A stretch of DNA of 64,000 nucleotides, taken from assembly GCF_009914755.1 (NCBI RefSeq), contig NC_060939.1; one strand, given 5' to 3'. Shown here one piece after another: positions 1-13,929 of the stretch. A program made the translations under genes and the position numbers. The notes beneath the pieces are model-generated. The model was not told where the DNA came from. It saw only the letters and a list, made by a program, of their open reading frames with translations, and did not search any database. Position 1 is the first letter of the stretch, and every line of letters starts with the position of its first letter. The DNA comes from the human T2T-CHM13v2.0 reference genome, Homo sapiens.

Positions 1-489
1 CGTGCTTGAAAATCTGCACTTGTCAGAGAGTTTGCTCCCAGTTCCTCTCCCATTACAAATGTGGCACCATCTTCCCTCCTTCACATGATAGCGGACTTCA
101 CAGCGCTCCCTGTTAACAGGATGAAAACTAGCTATGGACTATCTAATAAAGAGTATATTTATGATATCTTTATTAATATTCTGGTTTACTACAAAAAAAG
201 CATATGCCATATATATCATATTCAATCATCTTTTAAATAAGCCTTTAATATGAGCCAGATACATAGATAGCTCTGGAGATGCAATAATGAATGGAACAGA
301 TTCTTTCCCCAGAGAGTGACCCTGTGTGTATTAGTGCACACAGTTAAAGACAGACAGAGATTGTATATAATAACAATGAACAAAGACTGAAAAATAGGGG
401 CTCGAAATTAGTATGTTACAGACTTTTCCTGTTTATTTCTGTTGATTTTCAGTTTATTCCTGATATTTCAGTTCTTCTGTTAGGAAAAT

Positions 490-690
490 AGCATAGCCTA
501 GTGATTTAGATCTTCAGCTTTGAAATTATTTGCTATTTAAATGCTTCCGCTTGCCACCTCTGTGACCTTGTGGAAGCTAATAACCTCTCTGATACTCAGT
601 TCCTTCAACTAGAAAAATCCTGTAAGAGTATTCTGAAGACATAACATATGCCACATGTGCACGGTGCCTTACCAGCTAGCACTGGGTGTG
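490..690 (+). mobile_element. MIR SINE fragment
   Basis: MIR core-like TGTGACCTTG...AACCTCTCTGATACTCAGTTCCTTCA; boundaries approximate. Confidence 0.7.
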
Positions 691-885
691 CACTTACCTG
701 CCATGTGTCTCACACTGTTGGAAGAGTTTTGCATGTATTTTCTCATGCCTGTTTCACAATTACCTTTGAAGTGTGTGCTTTCATGCTTTCCATGTTTCAG
801 ATCACTATGCTGACACAGGTTAAGTGGAGGTGTCAGTGTGCTAACTCAGGCTGTCCAACACCAGAGTCCTGGGGTTAGCCATCAG
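691..885 (-). mobile_element. MIR SINE fragment, tail-to-tail with the previous MIR
   Basis: Antisense MIR pattern CACTTAC...CACTGTT...TTTGCATGTATT...CACAGGTTAAGTGG...CCAGAGTCC. Confidence 0.6.
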
Positions 886-1432
886 GTACATGAAGGGTAG
901 CTTTAATCAGTTACAGGAAAAGCAAAAAGTAAAGTACCATGAACCCCTTCTACTTTTTGTTCATCCATTCCTCACAAACAACTTTAGCTCGGTAGCTAAT
1001 GGGCAGTTTCTGCCTCTCCAGTAAGTACTTTCATTCCCTTTTGCATATTGATATAAGTTCATATGACCCAGGTCCCACATGACCGCAGACAACCACGGTT
1101 CTTGCTGTACTTGGGGTGCAGGGCTGTTGGATGTGACAAAGTTTAAAGAGCATTTTTGCTTCCCATTCTTCAGGCTGGAAGGTGGTGCAGCAATTCTTGT
1201 CCAAAATCAAAGGTGACTGCTTGGAATGCATAGACCTCTGTGGTCTCATCAGAGAAGCAGTGTTTAACCCTTCAGTCCATCTTCAGAAGCAATATGACTC
1301 AGAAAAAAAAAAAAAAAAAGTCTAGTCTTCCTGTCCCTAATATATAATCATCCAGAGCTGATGATGGTCATGCTTGTTGATAATAATCCAAAAACATTCT
1401 AATAAATGAACCTCAGAATATTTTATGGCTGG

Positions 1433-1822
1433 TGTTGTGGTTAGTTTTACGTCATCTTGGCTAGGCAATAATATCCAATTATTCAATCAAACACTAAAAT
1501 AGCTGTTGCTTTGTGGGTATTTTGTAGCTGTGATTAACACCTCAGTCTGTTGACTAAATCACAGATTGGTCACAGATTGGTTGGATGACTGAGAAGAAAT
1601 CATCCACAATAATCTGGGTGGGCTTCATCCAATCAATCAAAAGACTGAAAAGCAAAATTGGGGTTGCCCTGAGGAAGAAGAAATGTGGTCTGCGGACTGC
1701 GCCATCAGCTCCTGCCTGCTCCTGGCCTGCCCTGCAGATTTCAGATGTGCCTAGTCAACCCCCACAATCACATGGCATATACCAATTCGTTGAACTAAAA
1801 TTTCTAAACGATGGTGCAAACA

Positions 1823-1870
<48 letters not shown>

Positions 1871-1902
1871 TCTGTTTCTTTGGTAGAACTCTGATGGATA
1901 TA
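1433..1902 (+). mobile_element. MLT2-family (MLT2D-like) ERVL solo LTR
   Basis: Starts TGTTGTGGTTAGTTTTA..CTTGGCTAGGC; contains GGGTGGGCTTCATCCAATCA and GCCCTGCAGATTTCAGA; ends GGTTCTGTTTCT...; internal CA tract. Confidence 0.85.
1824..1867. repeat. (CA)~22 microsatellite inside the MLT2 LTR
   Basis: Read directly. Confidence 0.97.
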
Positions 1903-2445
1903 TAGTAGTCGATGTCCAAAAGCACCACATGCACTCACTTGCTAAGGGTACAAGACTATACCAGGCTGTAATGATTTTTCACCCACTGTGAGTGATATTG
2001 CACATTTAATTCACGTCACGGAACAGAAGAGTGACAAACATCTTTCAAAATGGAATTCTGGTGTCTGAAGTGCCCCATCTTCACTTACTTGTGGATTAGT
2101 CAGTTGCCATAGAAACCCCAACAACCTGCAGCTGCGGGTCCCCCAATTCTGGCTATGACAACAGTCAGGAAGAAGGGATTCTGCATGGTTAGCGTTGCTG
2201 TTGACGCAGAGCTTCAGAGCTAGGAAAACTGACAAATGGGGCACTGTGGAGTGAGGTCATCAGGGAGGAAGGGATTATGACACCATTGTTGTTATCAGTC
2301 TTGCATTTTTTCTGGTGTTCAGAGAGAACCAAGGGACAGGATAAAATAGTGGCTGGGTACCCACCAGCACTGCCTGCCCTCTGCGAGCTGTTCTTCTGAC
2401 ACCCTCCTTAGTGTTTATGTCTCTTCAAGAATTCTCATGCCCATA

Positions 2446-2717
2446 TGTTCTCACTCATAAGTGGGAGGTGAACAATGAGAACACATGGACACAGGGAGGG
2501 GAACATCACACACCCACACCAGGGCCTGTCACGGGGTGGGGGAAAGGGGAGGGAGAGCATTAGGACAAATACCTAATACATGTGGGGCTTAAAACCTAGA
2601 TGATGGGTTGATAAGTGCAGCAAACCACCATGGCACATATATACCTGCGTAACAAACCTCCACGTTCAGCACATGTATCCCAGAACTTAAAGTAAAATAA
2701 AATAAAATAATAAATAA
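2446..2717 (+). mobile_element. 5'-truncated L1PA (about L1PA7-8) 3'UTR with A-rich tail and TSD
   Basis: TGTTCTCACTCATAAGTGGG...CAGAACTTAAAGTAAAATAAAA; flanked by AAGAATTCTCATGCCCATA (2427-2445) and AAGAATTGTCATGCCCATA (2718-2736). Confidence 0.93.
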
Positions 2718-3899
2718 AAGAATTGTCATGCCCATAGATATGCACAGCAATATTTCAAATTTCTAATCAGACCTGAAAGGCATTCTAAGAAATCTCACTT
2801 GAGCTATTTTATTAATGATTAGAGTCAGTCAGTTTTTCCATTCTTCACTTTTCACAAGTGATTATCCAAATTGATCCCCAAATCCCATAAAGAAAAACAT
2901 ATTTCTACCTGTGCTTTTACGTAATTACACTATCGCAGTTATAAAGGCAATGATGGCACATTGCATCACATGTGTGTCTTATGTGTGTGTTAGGCCTCAA
3001 TATATATAAAGTATATAAATCAATATAATATATGTCGATGTATATTCATGTTTAATTATTTGATGGTCAGGAAGATTTTAATATGTCTTTGTAATATTTG
3101 AATCCCCTAAAAATATTTTCCCAATTCGACCTGGAAAATTCAAGGAAAAAAAATTTCTGAATCCTCGGTGAAATTAATATTTATTTACAAACAATATACA
3201 GTTGGTAGAGACGTACTGGTCTAAGAAAAAAACTTGACTAATTTCTAAAATTTGTTTTGGAGTAGGCCTGAATCTCAAGATATATTGTTAGTGCTGTTAA
3301 AAAGGAAAAGGAGCATGGAGGCCATGTTTCCTGCTATCCATTTCATCCTCCATGTTTGTTCAGCTACTTTTCATTTCATATTTTTAAAGGCCACATTTTA
3401 TATTTAATAGCTTAAAACTATTTTAAAATTACACCTTTTAAACCTCACTTAAATACTTTCTGAGGAAATGAATACAGGTTTGCTACAACTGAAATATAAA
3501 TCTTCTTTTAATTAGTTCCAAAAGCATATTTTATTGGAATTTAAGACCATGTAAAGAATGAAAGGAGATCCCAGAATCTTAAAAGCATGACTCGGCCACT
3601 TCTAAAATTCTAAATCATATCAACACAAAATGACCATAACTAGATATATTTTATGTTGTACATTAGGTGTATACTTTTGCTGTAGGAAATATATAAAAAA
3701 GTATAAATGTGTATACATACACATACACACACATACCCCTATATATTACCAAAGTCTCATGTAGAGTAACATCAGTATCTATTACGGACCAGACACGGTC
3801 TGGTTTTTTTGCACATTTGACTAGTCAAACATTATAAAAGCTATGGAAGTTCTTAATTATTTAATATTGGACCTTTTCCAATTTGAAGGATTTCTAATT

Positions 3900-5625
3900 G
3901 TTTTCAGTGACATATAAAATGTGCCCAAATGGCCCAATTGGAAAGTAAGGACATTTTTTCCGTCACTCATGGATTTTTTACAAGTGATCATATGTTAGGC
4001 CACAAATATCCCAATGTTTAAATCTTACAACAAATAATACGTGCAAGGTTTGTTATTGAGTTAATGTCCCGCATTATTTCAGAAATAATTTAAGGTGTAT
4101 TATGAGGCAGGTGAACGTATCTCCCATTTCATCCAGGATAACCTAGTGTAGCTTGTTGTCCAGAAATAATTAACAGTCCCTTTCACTCTCAAAAGTGTTC
4201 CCATTAGGATGATAAATTAACTGGTTTCCCCATTTAAAAGCCAACATAACACAGACCAAAATAACATCAATAAGAAAGGTGATAGGAAGTATGGCTTGGA
4301 TTTCCACTGCTGTTGCGGTTAATTCTATTGTTGTTTTCCCAGAAGCAAAGGGGTTAGTTGCAAAAGCCACTTACGGTTCAAAAACAAAGTCTTAAAAATT
4401 TTCCAAAGTAAAATGTGCACTAGTCACATTCACTGGACACAATAAAATTACTAGAACATGGTATCAAAAGTTTCAGTGGAAATCCCATCCACTTAGAAAT
4501 TAGAAGGTATTCCTTCATAAAAATAATTTCTGGGTCATAGTGGAAATCAGAAGAACAGAAAATAGTGATAAATGGTAATAATCAGATTTTTTAAGACACG
4601 CAGCTCCACCTATATTTAGAATAAATTTTACATAATAAATAATGCTTTTATTATTGCACAAAAAATATAAAGAAACAGAGCATTTGATTTAAAACACTTT
4701 AATGAGAACAACTAGATGTCCAAGGAAAGCAAGAAAAAATATACAGTAATGTAAAAAATAATGAATTGTAACAAAATATTTAAATGACAAACAAAAATTA
4801 GTTTGTTTCCTCTTTAAAAATATCAACCAAAAGACATATTTTGGCCTAGAAAATGTAAGAAGAGGGAGAGGACTTACAGTAATCAGAGAAAGAAACGGAA
4901 AACAATACCAGTTACTGAGGACATTTTATCATAAGAGCCACTCGTGCAATTCTATCCTAAAACATATGGAAATGTGGACATAATATAAAGCTTTGTGGAA
5001 AAACATAAATGCCAAAATTTTACTAAAAAGAAAAAATACACAAATAATCCGGTAGCTATAAAAATATGTTGAAAAAGTCACAGCTACTTCTGTAAAGCTC
5101 AGCTTTGGATTTTGTTTTTAGCACCTTCAAATATTTAGGTACTTAGATATTAGATCATGTTCATGTCCCATGAACTTGTCCAAACTATAAGAAAAGGAAG
5201 CCTTCCATGTCTTTTTCCAAAGCTAAGACAACCCTGGCATCAAAGACAGCAGACGCTCCCCATATACAACTTCTAAAATAAGTTAGTCATTTTAATTATT
5301 ACACCAGGATTAATTGGGGATTATTAAAGAAATATGACGATGGTTTAAAATTAGATATCCAAGTTAAATAATTCATAAGTTCAGAAAAGAAATCCTATGT
5401 GCTAATCTTAATATTTGCCAAAAAGTTATTTTGAAACATTTTACATTCTTTCCTAATTTAAAAAAGAAAAACTATTTAATTAATTACTGACATTAAGAAC
5501 TGATATTAAGTACTTATACTCCAAAATATCCTACTGAATTTCTCTCTGAAATAAACCACAATTTTCATGCCTAATGGTAAAATTCAAAGTGTGTTCTCAT
5601 TAAAATCAATAACATGTCAAGATTT
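3900..5625 (+). mobile_element. Highly diverged L1M (L1ME-like) ORF2 endonuclease/RT relic, interrupted by MER94
   Basis: GATCATATGTTAGGCCACAAA (DHxLGHK motif) and degenerate DHN- and DAEKAFDKI-like segments in L1 order; boundaries approximate. Confidence 0.65.
4107..4232 (-). mobile_element. MER94-like non-autonomous hAT-Blackjack element
   Basis: CCCTTTCACTCTCAAAAGTGTTCCCATTAGGATGATAAATTA matches the recalled MER94 reverse complement; ~125 bp with degenerate terminal inverted repeats. Confidence 0.75.
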
Positions 5626-5677
5626 ATACACATGGATGGAGGCCCAAAGAAGTTGGTGGTGGTGATGTCAGGGTAGG

Positions 5678-5680
<3 letters not shown>

Positions 5681-5708
<28 letters not shown>
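5681..5708. repeat. (AT)n microsatellite at the Alu tail
   Basis: Read directly. Confidence 0.95.
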
Positions 5709-6011
<303 letters not shown>

Positions 6012-6939
6012 CAGAGATTTTGAAAAGATCATTTATTTTACTTTTTTCTTTAGATGGTCTCTACTTTCTAAATATTTACATGTTGCCATATGTACCCTTT
6101 AATAATAATTTATAAATAAATTTTAAAGGAAAGAAAAATGAGGTTAAGAACACAACATAGAGACCAATATAAAAATGTGTGCCATGGAGTTTATGCTTTT
6201 CCTATAGGTAGGGCTGGCAGTTGTCAGGTATCCACCAGTACAGCCAGACAGTTGTTAAAAGAGTGAAATATTTCTGTATTAGAGAAATTGCTTGCTTCCT
6301 AAACCTTCAAGTGGCTCCAGTCAGTACTCAGTACTCAAGCTGCTGAGCCCCTTTTCTAGGCAACCAAACTTCATCGGCAATTTAGGATTCACGGCCAGTT
6401 AAGCAGCAAGGCTAGGAGACTGCTCCAACTCTAAAGCCAGGGCACACTCTAAATAGTAGGTAGGCCCTTGTGTTGCTGGTTTCTAAATCTTTTGAACATC
6501 AGCCTCCTCTATGCGCTTGCCTCATATTTGCCTGTGAATTCCTCAGCAGTAATCCAATTGCATGACATAAGTTAGGCAATCCTCTAGATTTTTAAATAAA
6601 ATACAAACCAATTGCTCAGCAGAAACTGTATCCCCAGTTAAAAAAAAAATTATTGTCACCGTCTTGGTCCCAACCAGGACTCCTCACACAGGGAATTCTG
6701 GTAATATAATCAACAGGGTCCTCAACGGCATTCCTGCTCTCCCTCCATGGAAATGATCGGGGAGCTGCTTCATATGGCACCACATGGAGCATGAACCAAA
6801 GCGTAGGTCTTCATTACCGAATGTTATGTTATGTTAGATTATGTCGAGGTGCTCTGGCTTATGTCAGGGGAACCATGAAATATTTGCACATGAGGAAATG
6901 AGACTCTAGGAGATTAAACAATATCTTATATCTAGTCAC

Positions 6940-7170
6940 ATGCTACTATTTATCATAAGGTATCTGTCGGGCATTAACCCAACCACTTTATATACACTAT
7001 CTCTTGATTCTCCAACCGCACCGTGAGACAGGTATTATCAACAGCTATTTTATCCTCTATAAGACGGTGTTAGGCTCAGAGCTGTGAGGTAGCTTGTTCA
7101 TGATCAGACGACCATGAAGCATCAGAAGCTTCATAAGGCATTCAAAACCAATCCTGTCTGTCTTTACAAC
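6940..7170 (-). mobile_element. MIR SINE
   Basis: GTGAGACAGGTATTATC...AGGCTCAGAGCTGTGAGGTAGCTTGTTCATGATCA. Confidence 0.7.
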
Positions 7171-10149
7171 TTTTACTTCTTCAGTATTTTAACATCTAAT
7201 TCTCCTGATCATTCCACTATCCTCCCTCCCTACCATCTGGCTTAATCTGGTTCCTTCTAATCCCCAGCTCTCCCTGGGGCACCGTCACTGCCTTCTCAAG
7301 GATGATGTGAGATCCTTTAAAACATGTCCCAAGCGTAAGTAAAGATCTTCGAGCACAAAGGGTGTTGCACAGAGCAGCAGGCTTCCATCCTTTGTTATAA
7401 AACAGAGCTTCTCTGCTACCCTATTTCCATTCAACTTTCTTCACCAAGCATGCACTTTAGCAACCTCGTTCAAAGCCCCTATAAATGGCGATGTGAAATG
7501 GGAATGGTGACACAGCGGCGAGGGCAGAAGTACGCAGTGCCACCATCATGAATTAGTAAAGCATCTTCGCAACGGGGGTCTTCTGCCCATTTGGCCTCAG
7601 CCATGCCAGCCGTGCCCCAAGCACAGAGAACAAAACTTGGGCTTCTGTTCTCCTTTTATCGGCAATGTTTTCCTTTACTTTGACGTCAGCTCCCAGATTG
7701 CTTGCTGTGATGTGCTACACCTTTCATATTTTCTTTCCAGTCATAATATTACTTCAGTCATAACCTCGGCACTTTGAGGAATAATTGTCCCTGACAAGAG
7801 GGTGAATCACTGACAGAGAGTTGATAAGCATTACATACAGATGACAGAAGTCAGGACATATCGGATTACTGCTGTGAATTTAATAAAAGAGAGACTAAAC
7901 ACTTGGCAGCTCAAAGACAAGCCATTTCATAAGTCTCTAGTGGGGCTATTATCTTCCATTTACTGCCACTGATAACCAGGTTGTGACTGTCTCCCTACGA
8001 TCTAGTTTCAATTCACTTAACACATTGCTGACCAGACATGGAGAAGGAGGCAGAAAAGATAATCGGGAGTTTTGGGACATTTATTTTTAATGTTTATCTT
8101 CTGGATCCCCCTTCCAGACTGATAAGGCCCTAAGTGTGGAAGCTTTAAACCTTCCTGGGAAAGGCTGGGTATGGCTACACTCCCTTTAATCTATGACTCT
8201 TTGTTTCCTTTGAAGCTGCCATATCCAGCCAAGGAAGTGATAATCCACTTTCTCCACTCCGCTGATATACCTGGGTCTAAAAGCCTGATGCAATAAACAG
8301 CCAGACTATTTTTGCATTTAGGAGCTTTGAGAAGATAAGATTATTATTTTTGCTTAGCTAGTCTGAGCCACCTGAAGAGACAGATCAAGAGTTGTGTTGT
8401 CTGGCGGTATAGACTGCTGGAGCAGTAAGAATGTGAAATGCACCTATGGAATTGGAAGGCACATGGGATAGATAGTGACTGTAAGAGATTCTGTTTCTAA
8501 ATATGTAGGAAATAATTTAACAGATCAGAATTTGTGGTATACAAGTTAGAACAAAGACTAAAGTCTTTTTAAAAGATGAAAGAAAGCCTCAACTGAAAAT
8601 TATTCTATTCCTGCAAGTAGCCATGGTGGTGTCAGAGTTTAATAAAGGGTTATACTCTGCAACACGCTCCCTCTTAAATAATGTTGCCTCCCAGCTTGTT
8701 GCAGTTAGGAATGTGTTCTCAGATCCAAGAAATTCTAGATATTCTCCTTGAACATATAGCTACTTGAGTCATACATTTATTGTCTTTATGTTGACATAAA
8801 ACAATTTGTTTATTGGCAACATACATTGTGAGATCCACTAGATAAATTAAGGGATTTTTTAGGAGCAGGCTCAACAATAAGGCAGGCTGGGATTACAGTA
8901 AGGTGTGCCTGAAAGAAGCAGGAAGCCACCCAAATGGGACAGATATGAGCATAAGAAAACAGAACTGGCACATGAAAAATCTCCAGAGGACTCGAAATAT
9001 TCAAACAGAATTTAAGCAACTATTATTGGTATGAGGGAGTCAGTATGTGAGACCTAATTAGAAAGTGAGGTGTCACTCAAAATTTCTTTGAACACGTCTA
9101 CCTCTGTTAGGTACCAGACGCTGGGTTAGAGCTAATTGGATTATCATGTAAGCTTGGGCAGATTGTGTCCTGCCCAGCTCCATAGAGCGCAAGTCACAGT
9201 AGAGTCTACGTGAAGGACACACATTCCTGTTGTTCAGTGATAATCTATCTGCACAGTTTTACTTGCAGCTCCCCAAGAATATAAAACCAAAAATCTGTCC
9301 CTTTTTATCCAATGTTCTCTGGGCTTTCTTCAGAGAATTCACATAGCCTATCAATTGAGAAAATCCGAAATGAAGCCCAGTTGATCAGTGGCCTATGGAG
9401 TAGAACAGAAACACCCTGTAGAGGGGATGTTTCAGCTCCACCCTAGCAAAACATTCACCAGTTTTTATTCTAAAACCCACAATATGGTGATGCTGAGTTT
9501 GCTGATAAACTTCCTGCTTCTCTCCAGATGGCTCAGACGCTGGAGCAAATACTCCCAGGCTGATGGGTGAAGTTTTCTCAGTAGACACATCTGCAGGCAT
9601 GATAAATTAGACAGAGACTGACAACAACCAGATCCAATTGACGTGTGGTAAGAGGTTTTTCAGTTCCGAAACCACACAGCATCCTCTCTAAACTTGCCTA
9701 TGAGTTTCCTAGAAGCCTGAATCAATGCGGGATGGCCACTGCATAGTCAACGCTGGGTTTTTGCAAACCAGCATTTTGAGCTTCAGTTCAGGCCACAAGA
9801 TTTTAAAAAGAGGTGATAGCACTGAATTATTTGTTTTCTTCATTGTAGTTTTTCATGTGGAGAGTTTCATTAAGATGAGGCTTATGAACAAATTGTATGA
9901 CATGAGCTTTTATATCTTATTGTTCTAGATTCCACATCCCAGGGGTATTCTAGGGTACGCTCAAAATCACCATCTCTGTAGTGAAAGGGTTTTATTCTAC
10001 AACAGTGCCTAGGAACTCAATTGCCAATGGATAGGGTCAACCCAGGAGAAACAGGAAAACTGTAGGAAAAGGACCAGGATCTCCACGATGGCTATAATTC
10101 ACCCATAGTCAGTACTCAAACATGTCAACATCAAAGCAGCCTTCAAAGC

Positions 10150-10270
10150 TAAGCAGTATTATCCCTGTTTTAAGGAGGCAGTAACTAAGATTCAGAGTTT
10201 GTCAAGGTCCCTTAGTAAGTGAGCAGCGGCTCAAAGATTGAGCCCATGCACCTGACCAAAACCAAGTTCA
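10150..10270 (-). mobile_element. MIR fragment
   Basis: TATTATCCCTGTTTTA...GTAACTAAGATTCAGAG..TGTCAAGGTC..TAGTAAGTG. Confidence 0.6.
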
Positions 10271-11096
10271 TTTGACTCCTCTGAGCTAACTCTCATTAAT
10301 GGAACTGGAGTCCATCAGGCCTCTCTCCCATTCCTTCACCTTCCAGAAAAAGGCCCAGCTATAGACTAAAGAGAAAAGTTCATCCAGATAAAATGTGAGG
10401 AACATGATCAAATCAGAAATAGAAGTTATTATTATCATTAGCACCTCTCTAGATAACATGCAAAAATATCTATCCAAGCAACAATTGGAGACACTTGCAA
10501 CAGGCAGTAAGTTATTGGCCCCCAGATCCAGAAGCTGAATTTTAGTTCTTTGGAGAAGAGGGAATTGTATGAGAGTGAGTAAATGCTATCATGTATAAAA
10601 GGAGTTCCAGGAAAGCTCTCCAGGCAGAAACTCAGCATCTGCGGATATATGAGTAGAAGTCTCTCCAGTAACTAGGCCACAGGGTGAGGTGAGAGTGGGA
10701 CCTACTAAAGTCAGAGGACAATTGCTAGGAAGGTTGAACTTACTGCTGAACTATCTGAGCAATGGACTTTGTATTTCTGAGCCCCGACCAACCCAAGACA
10801 TGATCAAAGCCCACACTTGGGTGGACCTGAAGGCCTTTGGAAGTAAAAGATTTTATAGGAACAAGGAATCAAGAAGGATGACAGAATTTGTTTCTTGAGA
10901 TCTTCCCCTGGCCTTCCATATCATTTCTGTGCATTTTACGTCCCTTGTGGATAATCATCAGGCAAAGTAATATTCAGAGATGCTATGAATTACTTCCTAG
11001 AAATAGGATATTTGAAAGCTATTTTTACCTCTAGGCATAACAACCTTATATGAAAAAAAATTACAGAAAGAACTTATGGACAACTTTTGTTAGATA

Positions 11097-11345
11097 CAGC
11101 CTTGTAGTGTGATGGGTAGCTCAGGAACATTAACTCTAGAGTTGGACAGTCTTATTCCACTAGTAGCCCTCTTCTACCTACCGCCCAGGGATGTTGGTGC
11201 AGTAATTTAAGTTTCTCCTTCTCTTAGTTTCCTCTCATACTAAATGAGATAATGATTGAGTTGTTATGAAATTAAACTAATTTTAAATGTAATTTAACAT
11301 TGGAATCATAGTAAACTCAGTAAATGTAGGCTATGATGATTATTA
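11097..11345 (+). mobile_element. MIR SINE
   Basis: CTCTAGAGTTGGACAG...AGTTTCCTC...AAATGAGATAAT...ATAGTAAACTCAGTAAATG. Confidence 0.65.
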
Positions 11346-13229
11346 TCATTATTATAATTAGTTTGAATGCCCAAGCATAAAATATCTGTCTTTTTCCATG
11401 AATTTTAGAGTCAATGAGAAGAATATTTGGAACAGGCTTTAAAAACCAGGATGAAACTGCAGGGGCTGAAGCTCAAGCATCTCCATATATTCATACGTGT
11501 AGTTTTAAACCATTTAGAAAACTGTTGTCCTATGAAATGGTGGTGCTTTATGGATTAGCTCTTTAAATGTGGCCTTCTTCCTGTGTGCTGCAATTCGAGT
11601 TGTTATCAGCTGAAATGCACCTAGGCCAATAGATGATTTCAGTGACAGTAAGTAAAGTCACCCAATAAAATTGTTTAACTTTATATCATTAGGAAAGCAT
11701 TCTTTTAGGATGATTCAAAAAAGATAAAACCTGTGGAATTCATTTCCGAACTATAAAACCATGGAACAAAGATTTTACGAAGTAAAGTACTTGGACAGCC
11801 ATACAAATGACTGGCTCTTGTCTGAAAAATAGTCCTTGGTATATTTTAAAAATTAGGAATTGGTTCTGTTTGAAATACAGAAAACCAAGAGTGAATTCAA
11901 ATGTCTCTCAGGATTATTTTTAGAAATGCTTACTTATTAACTTTAGAGTAAGTTCTATCAATCAAACATAAATGGATCAGGGTGGAAGTACTTAATAGGA
12001 TAGTCATTATGTCCATAATTGTGAGAGGTTTCTGCACTCTGAAAACCATCTTCTTAATTATTTTAGGTTAACACTTGTGCCCATAGCAGGGGGAGGAAAG
12101 GGGGCATGTGTAATCTGAAACCCCAGATATGGTGCCTGGCCTGAATTGAGATAACACTGAAGATTTTATTGCTGATATATTATAAATTATTTCTATTACT
12201 GTGGTCCTGCGGGTATTGCATTGTCAATGCACTTTGCTTATTACCTCACTTAATGTTATTAACACACTTTGGGGTATAAAATTACAGTTTTATCATGGAA
12301 ACCTTAAACACTTACATCCAAAGTACTGAATCAAGTTATTATCTTTACTGACCAGACCTATTTTATTGTCATTTTATCGCTCATAAAATCTGAGATTCAA
12401 TTTGATTTAACTATTAAGTAAAGCTTGGTCTACTAGAGTTTAAACCCAGCTGTAATATTAATATATTAATATATAAGATGACTTCATTTTATTAAAGGTG
12501 AGGTAACTTTGAAAACCTCTTTTAATGTCTTTCTGCAGCTAAGAAATTTAACGTGACCTGTTTGCACTTCTATTTCACCAACATCGACAAAAATTTAAGA
12601 TCACCTTCTTGCAGGATGCTGAGCGCTGACTCTAACCTGCTTCTGGCCTGCAGAAATGCCTGGGACACATTAATCAGCCACAAAATAGCACCGCTCATCA
12701 AAGTGTCAAGACAAGATGTTCAGTTTTAAAACAAAAGCACTAAGAATCCAGCATGTTAATGAAACACGATCCACGGTTAAGAAATTTGAAGCAGAAGTCT
12801 ATAAGCACATCATTTCAATAGCTCCTAAAAATTATTTGTAAATGAAGATTGGGTCCCCAAATTAAGCTATCATTCAGAAAGTAAAAACTACAGATAAGGG
12901 CATGGTTATGCCAAAGTTTTTCTATAGGGACCCCTTGTAGTCTTGCATCCATGACTACATATTAGGAAGAAATTTGTTGCTAGCCTAATTTGATCGTAAA
13001 AAGCAATACATAATTATATCTTGTTATGTTAAATGCCATCTTGATATTGGTCAAAAAAGTTTTAAATTAAAAAAACAAAATATGCTATAGTCTATGTAAG
13101 AAATCATACAAGAGGAAGTTGTTTTATTAAAGTTCAGAGCTTTGCTTTTTTCAAAATGCATTACTCCTAAGTGTTAAAAATCGAGGCTCCACTACCGGGT
13201 ATTATTATTACGAGAAAGTGCTGCAATTC

Positions 13230-13395
13230 TGTAACTCTGAGGAGGCAGGATAGAGTAGAGATTTTGGTTGGCCAAATGACTAGTATTCTGACCTTTCATT
13301 TCAGCACCTGTAAAGAAGAAATAACACCTCCCGGAGCTGCTGAGGGGTTTCATAATGAAAGCGTCTGGCACATAGAAGGTGCTCAGTAAGCAATC
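13230..13395 (+). mobile_element. MIR fragment
   Basis: CATTTCAGCACCTGTAAA...ATAACACCTCC...CTGGCACATAGAAGGTGCTCAGTAA. Confidence 0.6.
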
Positions 13396-13929
13396 ATTCA
13401 ATAATTTTCTCTATTCCTACAGTATCATATCAGCATGAAATACGGCCCTTAGGAGATAGTGTGCCATTAGACTGCTAAACCTGGAATAATAACTAGATGG
13501 AAATGCAGCCAAAGTTGGGTATGGGGGTCCCTAATGCACAGGTTAGTGCACTTGAAGCAATGGTCTTGCTCCATGACAATCCAGGCCTTGTGGCCAGCAC
13601 CCGGAAATCATCAGATACCAGAAGCTGCATCCAGTTTACAGAAATCTCCTTTCTCTGTCCATGGAGAAATCCTCATGTTACATGAGATAAAGACATTTTT
13701 TTAACACAGAATTTTGAGGAAAAAGCTTGAAACTTATCTAACAAGAGTCAGCAGGAACAACATAGATTTTCTCATAAAATAAGAAGTGGAAAATTCCTTG
13801 AAATTTAAAGAAAGCATGATGCCAGCCATATGAAGCAACTTCAATAGTGGATAAAATTGTCAAAAATTAGTTGGAGTGGATGAGCTTCATTGGAGATGGA
13901 AAAATAAAGCTAGAATAGGCTTTGGAGAT

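Noticed and set aside
3788-3804. Hairpin ACCAGAC-ACG-GTCTGGT
   Set aside because: A 7-bp stem is expected by chance in 64 kb.
6210-6508. Possible old hAT (ORSL/Tip100-like) element
   Set aside because: Only two weak terminal-repeat-like words; too diverged to call without a profile search.
12497-12800. Plus-strand acceptor-like sites (TTTCTGCAG 12538, TTCTTGCAG 12613)
   Set aside because: No matching downstream donor or open frame found.
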